From: Chthonomonas calidirosea
GTDB taxonomy: Bacteria > Armatimonadota > Fimbriimonadia > Fimbriimonadales > Fimbriimonadaceae
Reading direction: 5' to 3'
Assembly: GCA_945859975.1 (NCBI GenBank)
Contig: CAMAPH010000025.1
Span: 1-40,858 of the forward strand
Length of the DNA: 40,858 bases
A program made the translations under genes and the position numbers. Of the stretch, positions 10,010-20,079 are shown piece after piece. Positions within the stretch are counted from its first letter, which is position 1. Each line of letters starts with the position of its first letter. The notes beneath the pieces were generated by a model. The model was not told where the DNA came from and did not search any database. It worked only from the letters and a program-made list of their open reading frames with translations.

Positions 10010-10750
10010 TCAGAGGCCGTTCTTTCGCTGTCGCAGTCGGCTGCCGACTGCGCCTTCCGTCGTCCAGATGCGAGGGAAGAACTGGCCGGTGACGTTGTCG
10101 CGTCGGGCTCCGGTCATGTACAGCTTGCCTTCGAAGGCAAACGCGATGAACACGCTGTAATCCCAAGTCGCGTTGTCGTCTCGGGCTTCAAACAGCACCG
10201 CGCCGGTGACTTCTTCGCGCACCGTCAGGCTCGGGTACGGGCCAGTCTGCGAGTAGTCATCGTTCTGGTTGTGCTCAACGTAAGCCGAATATCGCTTGCA
10301 TCTCTTTTCGACCTTGAACAGGCCAGCTTGGAAGATGCCAGGAGTCGTCGTATCGTTGAGGTAGCCAAACTGGGCGGGCGTTTGCTTTAGGAAGGCTCCT
10401 CGATCCGATCGCCAAACTCGACCTTGGCTGACGGTTCCGTCAACGGTGTCTCGCAGGCCAAGCACGACGAGTTCGCCATCTTCAAAGAAGGCAGCCTCAG
10501 GGGAGTAGTTCCACTTGGCGTTGTCATCTTTGCTAGAGATCAATCGCTTGGTCAGCGTCTGGTCGGCCCAAACTTCCAGGCCGGGATTGTTACCGACTCC
10601 CGAATCATCAAGCTCGAAGTCGTAAGTAACAACCGCTTGCTCGTACTTCTTTCCGCCGAACTTCAATTTGCCTTCAGCAAGAATCTCTGGGGCAGCCATT
10701 GCCGCCGACGAAACGACGCTTAACAACACTAAAAGAACTGGTCTCTTCAT
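10010..10750 (-). CDS. Secreted hypothetical protein with two internal repeats
   Basis: Signal peptide (MKRPVLLVLLSVVSSAAMA); DDNAKWNYS..AFFEDGELV and DDNATWDYS..AFAFEGKLY repeat units. Confidence 0.75.
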   Translation of the reverse strand: MKRPVLLVLLSVVSSAAMAAPEILAEGKLKFGGKKYEQAVVTYDFELDDSGVGNNPGLEVWADQTLTKRLISSKDDNAKWNYSPEAAFFEDGELVVLGLRDTVDGTVSQGRVWRSDRGAFLKQTPAQFGYLNDTTTPGIFQAGLFKVEKRCKRYSAYVEHNQNDDYSQTGPYPSLTVREEVTGAVLFEARDDNATWDYSVFIAFAFEGKLYMTGARRDNVTGQFFPRIWTTEGAVGSRLRQRKNGL

Positions 10751-10914
10751 AACTCACCGGACCCAGGCCATTGCCCTGGGAACCACCGTGATGATCGGCG
10801 CGCCTCGAACAAATTTGCAGGGGTGATGTAGGCTTTTCTGTGCAGATTCCTAGTCACGGCTCTCCGTTACGTGCTTTATCAGAAGTTGAACCTAAATTCA
10901 CCCCAGCAAGCGGC

Positions 10915-11988
10915 TTACAATGCCCCTAACGCAAAGGCATCAAGCTGCGTTTCGGAGAACCGATAGCGGGGAATATCTCCCGGTCCAAAGTTCAGTTCGA
11001 CCAGCGGACGTATAACCTGCTCCGTCACCACCGCGTCCGCCAGCTCCTTGCGAAGCGACGCCATCTGCAGCAGCATCACCTGCAAGTGCACCTTTCCCAG
11101 GGCCAGCGATCCCACCCTTCGGCCTTCGTCCGTTGTCAACGTTTGGCCGAGGATGCAACGCGCAATCTCGCGGTTGTGGAAGTCGATGGCGTCGATGAAG
11201 CCGGTCGAAGCGGTCGTATCGCCGCTAATCGCCGACACCTCGAACTCCTTCGGAAACACCATCGCTCCCGAATTTGCCAGTTGAGAAAGGCTCCGAAACA
11301 GGGAATCCGTTTCGTCCGCCGAGACGGTCCGGTCAAATCGCCCCAGCATCGTGGGCGAAGCGAACCGCTCCAAATGCACGCGCCAACCTTCAATCAGACC
11401 CCGCTTCGCCTGCCAGTGCGTGCGCGCCGCTTCCAAGTCCGACCGGCCTTTCGGCATTGCCGGCGACGTTCGGTACCGGTAGATCACAAACTTCTCTTTG
11501 GGCAAGTCTTGCTCTGGCTCGCCCGGAAACTGAAGGTGCAATCCGTCCAATCGACCGAAAGAATCCATGTTGAGGCCAAACAAGCTCGCGTTCTTGGGGC
11601 GAACCGCGTCGAGCCAAATCCCTTCTGCATCCATGGAGAACACCAACTCCTGCACGCTCCAGCCTTTGGCGAACGCATCCATCGCCGCATAAAGAACCTG
11701 CTCCACGCTGCCTTCCATCCGCTCAAAAGCCCGCTGAACAAACTCCAGAATCCGGGCCGCGCGGACCGAATCGTTCGCCGGCACCAGTTCTGCCGGAGCG
11801 GCCAGAACTCCCAACTTTTTGACTTGTAAAGCGGTTTGCACCATCGAGTCCAATTCCATTTGGTCATAAACCAAGGTGCTCGGTAAGCCCGGCATCTTTG
11901 CGATCCTTCGGTCGCTCAAAGTGAGTTGAGCCGCGACTTCGGCGGGCGATGACGATTTCGAAATGAGATTTTTAAGCCAGTTAAGCAT
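10915..11988 (-). CDS. Phage portal protein, DUF935 / Mu gp29-like
   Basis: YDQMELDS, MDAFAKGWSVQELVF, ERFASPTMLGRF, HNREIARCILGQTLTT, GSLALGKVH, IRPLVELNFG; overlaps the terminase stop. Confidence 0.88.
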   Translation of the reverse strand: MLNWLKNLISKSSSPAEVAAQLTLSDRRIAKMPGLPSTLVYDQMELDSMVQTALQVKKLGVLAAPAELVPANDSVRAARILEFVQRAFERMEGSVEQVLYAAMDAFAKGWSVQELVFSMDAEGIWLDAVRPKNASLFGLNMDSFGRLDGLHLQFPGEPEQDLPKEKFVIYRYRTSPAMPKGRSDLEAARTHWQAKRGLIEGWRVHLERFASPTMLGRFDRTVSADETDSLFRSLSQLANSGAMVFPKEFEVSAISGDTTASTGFIDAIDFHNREIARCILGQTLTTDEGRRVGSLALGKVHLQVMLLQMASLRKELADAVVTEQVIRPLVELNFGPGDIPRYRFSETQLDAFALGAL

Positions 11989-13258
11989 AGGAAAATTGGA
12001 TCTTTGGAGCAAGGCGGATGCAGCCGCTGAGTCGGGAAGGGAGGTGGCGCGCCGCGAGCATCACTGCGGTCACGAGGTCGTCGTGCTCCGACCCTTTGGC
12101 GCCGTAGCGGATATTGCCCGCCGAGGTTTCGGAGGAAACATAACTCGCGAGTTCGCGTTCTAGGACCGGGTTTGGCTGCATTCGGAGCAGCTTGTTGCCC
12201 AGCAGCCGCGCCAAAGCGCAAACCATCTCCTCCTTTCCGCCGGAGGTAAAGGTGATGTCGGTGATCGAAAAGCGGGGCAGCTGACTTCGCAAAAGCTCGG
12301 CCGCAATGACGCCAAGCCCGGTGCTGTCCTGAAATATGCGCGCTCCGGGGTACTGCCGAATGACTTCGACTACTTGCGCACAAATGTCCTGAAAGTGCGG
12401 ACCGTGAAAGCGCTCTAGGCCGACCAGCCAACATTCGTCCCTTGTGCCCGAAACGATCGCGACCGCGGTGAAGTCCTTCGTCTTCGCCCAGTCCACGCCA
12501 ATCGTGATCGGTCCGGGGAATGAGCTTGGCCACTCGTAACAACGGGCATCGTCGATGCTCTCCTGCGTAAAAACCGCCCCCGCCGCCTCGCGAAACACCG
12601 CCTCGTACTCGACTTCAAAACTTCGCGGCGAAGACTCGTTCTTCTTTGCCGCCAGAAAGTGACGAGAAACCCTGGGGTTCTCCGAGCTTGGCGATCGTCG
12701 AGACCAAATTCCGTCCTCGCCTCTCTCGCCGCGGTCGAAAAGTCGCCAGAACCAGTTGAACCCGTTCGGCGTGCTGATGCAAGTCAGGTACCCGTCGGTC
12801 GTCGAGAGCATCGGCGTCAACACCTCGGTCACCAGCGTCTCCGGCACAAAGGCCGCCTCATCAACGATCACGTGATCCGCTTCGTCGCCCCGCAAACTGT
12901 CTGGCGCATGGCCCGACCGCGCGGTAACCACGTGCCCTTCGAACTCAAGCACCGGAAACGGCGTGTTCTTGGGTCGGTACTTCGTGATGTCTTTGGTGAC
13001 TTTCCGCTGGTAATCATCGAGCAATCGGCAAACCCGTCGAAACAGAATCTTCGCTTGCTCCAGGGTTGGTGCGACCATCAGCTGCCGGCTCGGCGGTGAC
13101 CGGAGAATTCGGTGCAGGACATCCACCGCGCAAGCCTCCGTTTTGCCCCACCTTCGCCCACAAGCCAGGGCACGAGTCTTTGCGTCGGCAAGGAGAAATT
13201 CACGCTGCCCGACGTGCGGTTGCCAAATGCCGGCGATCCGCTGAAGAAACTGTTCCAT
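11981..13258 (-). CDS. Phage terminase large subunit
   Basis: Walker A ACGRRWGKT, Walker B VIVDEAAF, coupling motif ISTPNG, nuclease acidic motifs IGVDWA..D, QDSTGLG, HDDLV; AGGAG just upstream of ATG 13258. Confidence 0.92.
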   Translation of the reverse strand: MEQFLQRIAGIWQPHVGQREFLLADAKTRALACGRRWGKTEACAVDVLHRILRSPPSRQLMVAPTLEQAKILFRRVCRLLDDYQRKVTKDITKYRPKNTPFPVLEFEGHVVTARSGHAPDSLRGDEADHVIVDEAAFVPETLVTEVLTPMLSTTDGYLTCISTPNGFNWFWRLFDRGERGEDGIWSRRSPSSENPRVSRHFLAAKKNESSPRSFEVEYEAVFREAAGAVFTQESIDDARCYEWPSSFPGPITIGVDWAKTKDFTAVAIVSGTRDECWLVGLERFHGPHFQDICAQVVEVIRQYPGARIFQDSTGLGVIAAELLRSQLPRFSITDITFTSGGKEEMVCALARLLGNKLLRMQPNPVLERELASYVSSETSAGNIRYGAKGSEHDDLVTAVMLAARHLPSRLSGCIRLAPKIQFSYA

Positions 13259-13298
13259 ATCTCCTAGCGAAAGAAGATCGAAAAAGGTCAACCATCTG

Positions 13299-13436
13299 TG
13301 ATAGAATTTCCTCGGCGATCAGGTCGCCTCCGGGTCTGCGGAAAGGGATGATCCCTCCTGAGTTAAATTGAGTAAAAGAGACAGCACCTTCGTGCAAGTC
13401 GGCTCGCAGACCGCCGAAATCACGCACCGAGGTCAT
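13299..13436 (+). promoter_or_regulatory. Extended -10 promoter (TGnTAGAAT) and structured 5' leader of the ankyrin gene
   Basis: TG-A-TAGAAT at 13299-13307; 8-bp long-range pairing GGTCTGCG(13333-40)/CGCAGACC(13405-12) plus several hairpins. Confidence 0.5.
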
Positions 13437-14864
13437 ATGTCCAACTCATTACCGAATCAAGCCAACCTTGAACACCTGAAGGCGCAAGCCTCCGATCTGC
13501 TCAACGCGCATCGAGCAAACGACTCCAGCGCGACCCAAAGGCTCCAAGCCTTCTTCCCCGAAGTCACCGAGTTCGCGCTACACCAGGCTCAACTCGTCAT
13601 TGCGAGGGAATACGGCTTCGATAGCTGGCCCGCCATGAAAGCCAGCCTAGAAAACTCCGCTTTGGAGCAATTTGTAAAGGCCGCTACAGATGGTCGACTC
13701 GAACAAGCCGATCAGTGGCTCATTAGAGAGCCAAGCTTGCGCAACCAACCCGCCGTCCGACTGATGCTCGGCGAGGAAGTCCAGGACCTTCTTGCGCCGT
13801 TACCCCCGCTAGATCGGGTCCCGCTGCTGTACATCGCGTTCTCCAAGTACGCCTCCCGAGCGCAGAATCGAGCGGGATTGCTGGCGCTGGCCCAGAAGTG
13901 TCTGGATGCCGGAGCCGACGCGAACGCTTACTGGCAGGGCGATGAGCTGGAAGAAACCGCCCTCTACGGATCCGCCGGGCACAACAACTTCCCTGAACTC
14001 ACCAAGCTCCTGCTCGATCGCGGAGCAGAACCGACCGATCCGGAAGCCCTTTATCATTCCACCGAGTTCGCCGATGGAGAATGTCTTCGCTTACTTCTCG
14101 AAGCCGGGGGAGATCCAGAAGGGAAGAATGTCCTCGCGCGATCGCTGGACTTTGACCACCCGATCTGCACCGAGTTAGTGCTCCGACATGGCCAAAAACA
14201 GACGGATTCCGTGGCAATTCACCATGCCATCTGGAGAGGTCGCAAGCTGCCGACCGTCAGAGTTTTGGTCGAGCACGGTCTCGACCCTGGAATGGTCGCG
14301 CCAATGTTCAACGTAAACGCGCTAGACGTAGCCGCCATGACGGGAGACTTTGCGATCCTGGAGTGGCTAGAGGACCAAGGTCACTTACTCACCGTGCCAA
14401 GTCTTGAGCCCGTCTGGCGTTCTCTTTGGGACGGCGATGCCGTACCTGCAGACTATCCGGAAGTCATGCACCTGGCTCTGTTTCCGGCGGTGGCTAAAGG
14501 GAACGTCCGAGCGATTCGCGCCATGGTCGCTTCAGGCTTCCGTGTCGATACGCCGGAACCGTTCAACGGCGGATTCCCGATCCACGACGCCTGTTTCCAC
14601 GGCCAGCCGGAATCACTCCAGACCCTGTTCGACCTCGGCGCGTCTTGGGACGTCACCGATCGGCAATACAACGGCCATCCGCTCGGCTGGCTCCTTGTAG
14701 GTTCAGAGCACACCGACCGTCCGGCCGATTTCCTGCGATGCGCTGAAATCTTGGTCGAGAACGGACACTCCTACAAAACGGCCGAGCGAGAAGGGGCAAA
14801 CCCCTTCTGGACCGGACACCCCATGATTCACGACTACTTCCGCAGTCTCGGCGCAATCGCTTAG
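13437..14864 (+). CDS. Ankyrin-repeat protein with N-terminal LEHLKxQA...AREYGFxSW domain
   Basis: LPNQANLEHLKAQASDLL and AQLVIAREYGFDSW; ankyrin-like units TALYGSAG..LLLDRGA, PIHDACFHG..LFDLGA; GAGG before ATG 13437. Confidence 0.85.
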   Translation: MSNSLPNQANLEHLKAQASDLLNAHRANDSSATQRLQAFFPEVTEFALHQAQLVIAREYGFDSWPAMKASLENSALEQFVKAATDGRLEQADQWLIREPSLRNQPAVRLMLGEEVQDLLAPLPPLDRVPLLYIAFSKYASRAQNRAGLLALAQKCLDAGADANAYWQGDELEETALYGSAGHNNFPELTKLLLDRGAEPTDPEALYHSTEFADGECLRLLLEAGGDPEGKNVLARSLDFDHPICTELVLRHGQKQTDSVAIHHAIWRGRKLPTVRVLVEHGLDPGMVAPMFNVNALDVAAMTGDFAILEWLEDQGHLLTVPSLEPVWRSLWDGDAVPADYPEVMHLALFPAVAKGNVRAIRAMVASGFRVDTPEPFNGGFPIHDACFHGQPESLQTLFDLGASWDVTDRQYNGHPLGWLLVGSEHTDRPADFLRCAEILVENGHSYKTAEREGANPFWTGHPMIHDYFRSLGAIA

Positions 14865-14867
14865 CGA

Positions 14868-17060
14868 CTAGGGAGGCGGGCCGCCCTGACCGAAGTTGAA
14901 GGCGCCGGCGGTGGACATCATCTGTCCAAACGGCGTCTTCTTCAGCTTCTCCGCTCGTGCCGTAACCTGCGCCTTAACGTTCGCGGGAAGGCTTCCAAAC
15001 GGCACGGGCGCCGCGTTCTTGTCCAGGCTATCGTCGAACAAACTTCCGACCACTTCCGCATTCGAAGAAACGCGGAACCGGAAGGTGTACTTCGCTCGAT
15101 TTCCGACACGAACATTTTTCGGCAGCGAGCTGGACATGACCGTCATCTGCTTCTTGCCTTCTTCGGTGGACGCAAACATTTCAAACATCGCCAGCTCGTC
15201 GATGCCCATGACGGAGATTCCGCCAAAGCCGCCCATGTCCTTTTTCTCGGCTGGCACAACAAAGTACTCGCGCTCCGTTGTAACCGTGAGGGTCCCGGCC
15301 GCCGGCACACCGGCTGGCATGACTTCCGTAGGTTCGGATGAGTAATCCCCAGAACCAGCCCCCGGCATGATCCGACTCATCATGGAGCTCATAAAGTCCG
15401 TTTCTGTGCCGAGTGGACTCGGAAGAGCCTCTGAACTGTAGAGAAATTCTGACGTTGGGCCAGACGGAATCGCCGCCAGGTTGACCGGGGTTCCAGTGAG
15501 AATTCGACCCCGCGCTCCGCCATCAAGGCTTCCGTACCATCGAAGCAGTCCCCAGTTCGAAGTGCCCATCATGATGTAGGACATCGTGCTCGGAACCATG
15601 TTCAGAAGGTATTTGCCACTCACCGACGTGAGTTCTGGCTTTGCCGCGCGCGATGCATAGCCTGCAAGTTCTTTCAGGCTCGGCGCACCGTCATTCTGAG
15701 AAGCTTGAATCAGCTGAGCAAGCGCAGTTCGATTCGAGCGATCTCGTCGAGCAAAGTATCGCTTCAGTGGCCGAATTCGAACCAAGTCTGCTTCTTCAAC
15801 CACTTCGTGGGTCGTTGCCAACTGCTTTCGGATTTCGCTTGGTAGCAGCACCGCGATGTCAGAGGCGGAGTCGGCAAGCCGCGCAACCACGGAGCGGTTC
15901 GGCTTCGGGAACGCTCCAAGCACCAACTCTGAAGTCTGAAAACTCAATGGGTCAAATTGATCCGGCTGCGCCAATATGCGCATGACTTCTTCGCTAGGCG
16001 GCGTTGGGGTCGAGCTGTCCGTCCGCGCAAACGACATCATGCTGAGGACTCGGGCGACTTCCTTTGCCTGCGGCGAGAGCTTCACCTCGACTTCCGGTTC
16101 TTTCTTCTCCGGTTCTTCGCCGTTCAGCGCATCGCCAAGCGTTTCGGCGACGGCTTCCATCGCCTCACTCATTGCGCCCAGCATTCCGCCAAACATGCCG
16201 CCGATTCCGACCATGTCGTTCTCCACCAGCACGACCTCACCCTTGGCGTTGTAAACGGTGAGCGTTGCCTGCGAACCGCCGAGAAAACCAGCATTTGCAA
16301 TCACAAGGTTTGCTTTGGTGTAGGCAGTGATGGGGCGCCGCTGCAGCCGCATCATCCGTTTCATGGATTCCGGCATCATCGCCATTGCCGCGATCTCTTC
16401 GGCAGATTGTGGTTCGTCGGAATTTCCAACCCGCTGGTTGTGGCGTTCAACGAGTTTCGCTACCACTCCTCGAGCGGAATCGGGCAGCGGGAGTTGCATT
16501 CGCGTCGGCGACGTGGAATAAACGAGTCGCTCCTCCGGGCGCATATTGGCCACCCGAGTCAGGTCCAGCCCTACCAAAATCTTTGCGATCTCGCTTCCTT
16601 CTGCTTCCGGTGCAACGTGCGCGTGCTCAGTTCCCTTTGACTCGGGTTTCGGTGGGAACGCGCGATTCGCGATTTGGCTACGCATTTCTTTTGCGGCAGA
16701 AGCTTGATCCTCGCGCTGATCTTTCTGCCATTGCGAAACATCTGGGATGAGTCTCAGCCCGGCGGGAGACTTCTCCCACTTTCCACCCACAACGTTTGCA
16801 ATCTCGTTTAGTAGTGCGTCTTGGGAAAGTCCACGAATATCGAGAAGCACCACGTCGTTTTCAAAAACGGGCAAACACTCGAGAACCGTTCCAACTTCAC
16901 CACTCAGCCGCTGAAGAACGACCGGAACCCGGCTCGCCTTTATACTGATCCGAATCGGCTTCGTAGCCACCGCCGTTGCGGGATCTTGCAAGCGAGCAGA
17001 AACTGGCCCTGAATGGAGTGCCATAACGGCGAGGACGGCTGAAAACATCAAGGTCAGCAT
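14868..17060 (-). CDS. Large secreted hypothetical protein (Met-rich)
   Basis: About 730-aa ORF with a signal-peptide-like N-terminus from ATG 17060; no recognised domain. Confidence 0.75.
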   Translation of the reverse strand: MLTLMFSAVLAVMALHSGPVSARLQDPATAVATKPIRISIKASRVPVVLQRLSGEVGTVLECLPVFENDVVLLDIRGLSQDALLNEIANVVGGKWEKSPAGLRLIPDVSQWQKDQREDQASAAKEMRSQIANRAFPPKPESKGTEHAHVAPEAEGSEIAKILVGLDLTRVANMRPEERLVYSTSPTRMQLPLPDSARGVVAKLVERHNQRVGNSDEPQSAEEIAAMAMMPESMKRMMRLQRRPITAYTKANLVIANAGFLGGSQATLTVYNAKGEVVLVENDMVGIGGMFGGMLGAMSEAMEAVAETLGDALNGEEPEKKEPEVEVKLSPQAKEVARVLSMMSFARTDSSTPTPPSEEVMRILAQPDQFDPLSFQTSELVLGAFPKPNRSVVARLADSASDIAVLLPSEIRKQLATTHEVVEEADLVRIRPLKRYFARRDRSNRTALAQLIQASQNDGAPSLKELAGYASRAAKPELTSVSGKYLLNMVPSTMSYIMMGTSNWGLLRWYGSLDGGARGRILTGTPVNLAAIPSGPTSEFLYSSEALPSPLGTETDFMSSMMSRIMPGAGSGDYSSEPTEVMPAGVPAAGTLTVTTEREYFVVPAEKKDMGGFGGISVMGIDELAMFEMFASTEEGKKQMTVMSSSLPKNVRVGNRAKYTFRFRVSSNAEVVGSLFDDSLDKNAAPVPFGSLPANVKAQVTARAEKLKKTPFGQMMSTAGAFNFGQGGPPP

Positions 17061-17239
17061 ACGCCTATTTCCGCGCGCATTGGTTCTTTTGACCGTCTCT
17101 ACACGGCTCAATCGTGCGCTGAACATCCGAGACGTATTTGTGCGACCACTGAACTCGGGACTCATGATTGGGCTCGCGATGCTTCATCTTGTTCATGGTG
17201 ATCCCGCCTTTTTCCGTTCAAATATCGGAGCAGCACAGC

Positions 17240-17467
17240 ATGCAGATCGAAGCATCTGCTGGCGGCCACCTCGTGCGCGTTCTTTCCGGCGGAACCGAAA
17301 TGGCGTCTTGCGACGTTTCGGACTTACATCGACTCTTGAAGCGACCAGGCACTATCATCGCCGCTTCGCCCCTAGAATTGAGGAACGAGCACCGCACCAT
17401 CACTATCCGAATTCGTGGTCGAATGGTCGGCCAAGTTGAAAAACACCTCATCACCCCGCACATGTAG
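17240..17467 (+). CDS. Small hypothetical protein (75 aa)
   Basis: GGAG upstream of ATG 17240; fills the gap between flanking genes. Confidence 0.4.
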   Translation: MQIEASAGGHLVRVLSGGTEMASCDVSDLHRLLKRPGTIIAASPLELRNEHRTITIRIRGRMVGQVEKHLITPHM

Positions 17468-17586
17468 TTCGGCGGGCCGGGCCGGGTCACTGCGGGCAAA
17501 ATCCATCACCTGCGGTAGAACTTCTGAGAATTCTTTCTTCCGGATGGTGCCAAATCTTTAGTTGGGCGTCATAGTAACGAAATACG

Positions 17587-18339
17587 ATGTCAAATTCCGC
17601 GAATCCATTTAATGTCGCCGCCGCCGCGGTCGTCGCCGTTGGCGTGGTGATTTCCTTCAATCTCCTCAGCGGAGCCATCGTCCGCTCTCGCGGGGCCGAT
17701 GAGATGATCCGCGTCACGGGGTCTGCCCGAAAGGACATCGAAAGCGACTTCATCATCTGGTCTGGAAACGTCAGCTACCGCGGCAAGACCGTGACCGACG
17801 CATACGGCGCCGTAAAGCGGGGCATGGATCAAGTGGTTGCCTATCTCAAGAAGAAGGGCGTTAAGGACACCGAGATCATCACCATGGCCATCACGACCTC
17901 GCCGGTGTACATCAACGTGAAGAATGTCGGCGGCGGGGAAGAGACCACCAGCAGTCGCATCGATGGTTACGAACTGACTCAGGTCATCGAAGTCCGAAGC
18001 AGCAACGTGGACCTCGTAGAGAAAGTTTCGCGCGAGACCACCGACCTCATTGCCACCGGCGTCTCCTTCAACTCAAACTCGCCGCAGTTCCTCTACACCA
18101 AGATTCAGGAAGAGAAGGTGCAGATCCTCGCCGAAGCGGCCAAGGACGCGCGTCGAAGAGCAGAAGAGATTGCCAAGAGTGCCGGCGGGAGCCTGGCGGA
18201 AGTGCGATTTGCACGAATGAGCCCGTTGCAGATCACTCCGCGCTTCAGCACAGAAGTGACCTACGACGGGCAGAACGACACCACATCAAAAGACAAGGCC
18301 ATTACCGCTATCGTCTCGATGGGCTTCGGCGTCCGTTAA
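17587..18339 (+). CDS. SIMPL (DUF541) domain protein
   Basis: N-terminal TM; IRVTGSARKDIESD, LAEAAKDARRRAEEIA, C-terminal KAITAIVSMGF. Confidence 0.88.
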   Translation: MSNSANPFNVAAAAVVAVGVVISFNLLSGAIVRSRGADEMIRVTGSARKDIESDFIIWSGNVSYRGKTVTDAYGAVKRGMDQVVAYLKKKGVKDTEIITMAITTSPVYINVKNVGGGEETTSSRIDGYELTQVIEVRSSNVDLVEKVSRETTDLIATGVSFNSNSPQFLYTKIQEEKVQILAEAAKDARRRAEEIAKSAGGSLAEVRFARMSPLQITPRFSTEVTYDGQNDTTSKDKAITAIVSMGFGVR

Positions 18340-18953
18340 CCGACCGGCATCAAACGGCCCGACATCAGAATGCTTGGCTTCTTAGATGCGAAGCGCTTCT
18401 CAAGTCGGGCCTTAATCAGCTTGTGGGTGCGGTGCAGGCGACTGCGAATCGTGCCCACCGGCTTGCCCATCATTTCCGCAATTTCCTGATACGGCACGCT
18501 CTGGACGTCTGCAAGTTCCACGAGCATCTTTTGTTCTGGGGTCAAGGTTGCGAGGACCTCCTGCAAGTCTTCGTTCAGTTCCATTTGCAGCAGCTGATCC
18601 TCTGGGGTCGCTTTTCCGTCGGCAACATCGAAGTGAATCGAGTCATCTCCGGCGGAACCGAGTAGTGGGGCATCGTAGCTCACGGTCTTAACCCGTCTTC
18701 GTCGACTTCTGAGCAGGTCCAAAAAGAGCCGAGTGACAATCCGGAAAATCCAGTTTTCAAACGGACGGTCGCCCTCGTACTCTTTGTAGCTACGATAGGC
18801 TCGGAAAAAGGCTTCCTGAGTCAAGTCTTCCGCATCGGTGCGGTTACCGGAAAGTCGGAATGCCATGTTGTAGACCTTGCGATACGTCGCCGACATCAAT
18901 TCGTTGAAGCGAGCTTCTTCTCCGGCCGACAAGTTTTGTTGGGTTTGGGTCAT
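18336..18953 (-). CDS. ECF RNA polymerase sigma-70 factor
   Basis: Region 2 DAEDLTQEAFFRAY..FENWIFRI; region 4 YQEIAEMMGKPVGTIRSRLHR. Confidence 0.93.
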   Translation of the reverse strand: MTQTQQNLSAGEEARFNELMSATYRKVYNMAFRLSGNRTDAEDLTQEAFFRAYRSYKEYEGDRPFENWIFRIVTRLFLDLLRSRRRRVKTVSYDAPLLGSAGDDSIHFDVADGKATPEDQLLQMELNEDLQEVLATLTPEQKMLVELADVQSVPYQEIAEMMGKPVGTIRSRLHRTHKLIKARLEKRFASKKPSILMSGRLMPVG

Positions 18954-19182
18954 TTTTTAGCGTTCCTTGTTTATTATGCGCTTCACGTCGCAATAACTCA
19001 GAACACCTAGGTCTTCAAGTAGGTTCCAAAGGAAACCATCAAATAGGTCCAAAAGCTGAAAAAAGTACGGATAGTGTCCGACACCCTGGTATTTCTACGC
19101 TGTTTCAAACGGGCATGATCGTTGTATAGTGAGCACAGCGCTGGCCGGTTGCGGCACTTTGGCGTTTCGTGTAGGGCAAAAA

Positions 19183-20073
19183 ATGAACCGAATGTATAGA
19201 GCTTTCACCCTGATTGAGCTGTTGGTCGTTATCGCGATCATCGCAATCTTGGCGGCTATCCTCTTCCCTGTCTTTGCACAAGCAAAGGACGCAGCGAAGA
19301 AGACCCAGTCGTTGAGCAACGTAAAGCAGATCGCGCTTGCGCACCTGATCTACTCCGCAGACTACGAAGACGTGTTCGTACCGGTTGTGAGTGAGCACCT
19401 CACCGATACGATCCCTTACGATGCGTCTTGGATCCTCGCAATCCAGCCGTACGTGAAGAGCCTTCGAATGTTCTACTCGCCAAACGCAACGGATCAGCGA
19501 GACCCTGTTCTCGTCGGAACCGCGCGAACCTCGGGTGGAATCATCTCCTCGTACGCGATGCTTCCACAGTGGCGCGTCTACTCCGGAACCAATCCTAGCG
19601 CATCAAGCATGTGGTCGACCGGTTACGCAACTGGCGGCGCATTGATGAACGGCGTTGCAGGTTACGGCTTCGAGCCAGGCGCGGCTTACATCGGCAACAA
19701 CAACGGTTGCACCGGCGTTAGCGCAGACCAGATCGCAACCCCATCGCTTTCGCAGACCGCGATCGCTCGAGTTGCAGAAACGGCCCTCGTTTACGATGCC
19801 CGCGGATTTGAAGGCGGATTCTTCTGCTTCTACAACACCCCATCGCCACTCGACGCTCGAGACAACGCTAGCGCAACCTACGGAGTTAACTTCGATGGTC
19901 GATACACGTTCCAGGGCGAGAGACTCGTCCAGGGCGTTCGCTATCGAACTGGAAACGGCGGCGTAGGATTTGCTGACGGTCACGCAGCGATGCTCCAGAC
20001 CGACAAGTTCTTCTCCATCCAGCAGGTTTCGGGCGGCCTCAACGCTTACCGATACCAGTACAGCCTCGAATAG
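19183..20073 (+). CDS. Prepilin-type N-terminal cleavage/methylation protein (DUF1559 / H-X9-DG-like)
   Basis: [41 protein letters not shown]-terminal VGFADGHA. Confidence 0.9.
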   Translation: MNRMYRAFTLIELLVVIAIIAILAAILFPVFAQAKDAAKKTQSLSNVKQIALAHLIYSADYEDVFVPVVSEHLTDTIPYDASWILAIQPYVKSLRMFYSPNATDQRDPVLVGTARTSGGIISSYAMLPQWRVYSGTNPSASSMWSTGYATGGALMNGVAGYGFEPGAAYIGNNNGCTGVSADQIATPSLSQTAIARVAETALVYDARGFEGGFFCFYNTPSPLDARDNASATYGVNFDGRYTFQGERLVQGVRYRTGNGGVGFADGHAAMLQTDKFFSIQQVSGGLNAYRYQYSLE

Positions 20074-20079
20074 GATCGC

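Noticed and set aside
13200..13436. 78-aa minus-strand ORF as small terminase subunit
   Set aside because: No TerS-like features; it overlaps the TerL start and is the antisense of the structured ankyrin leader. Not fully excluded.
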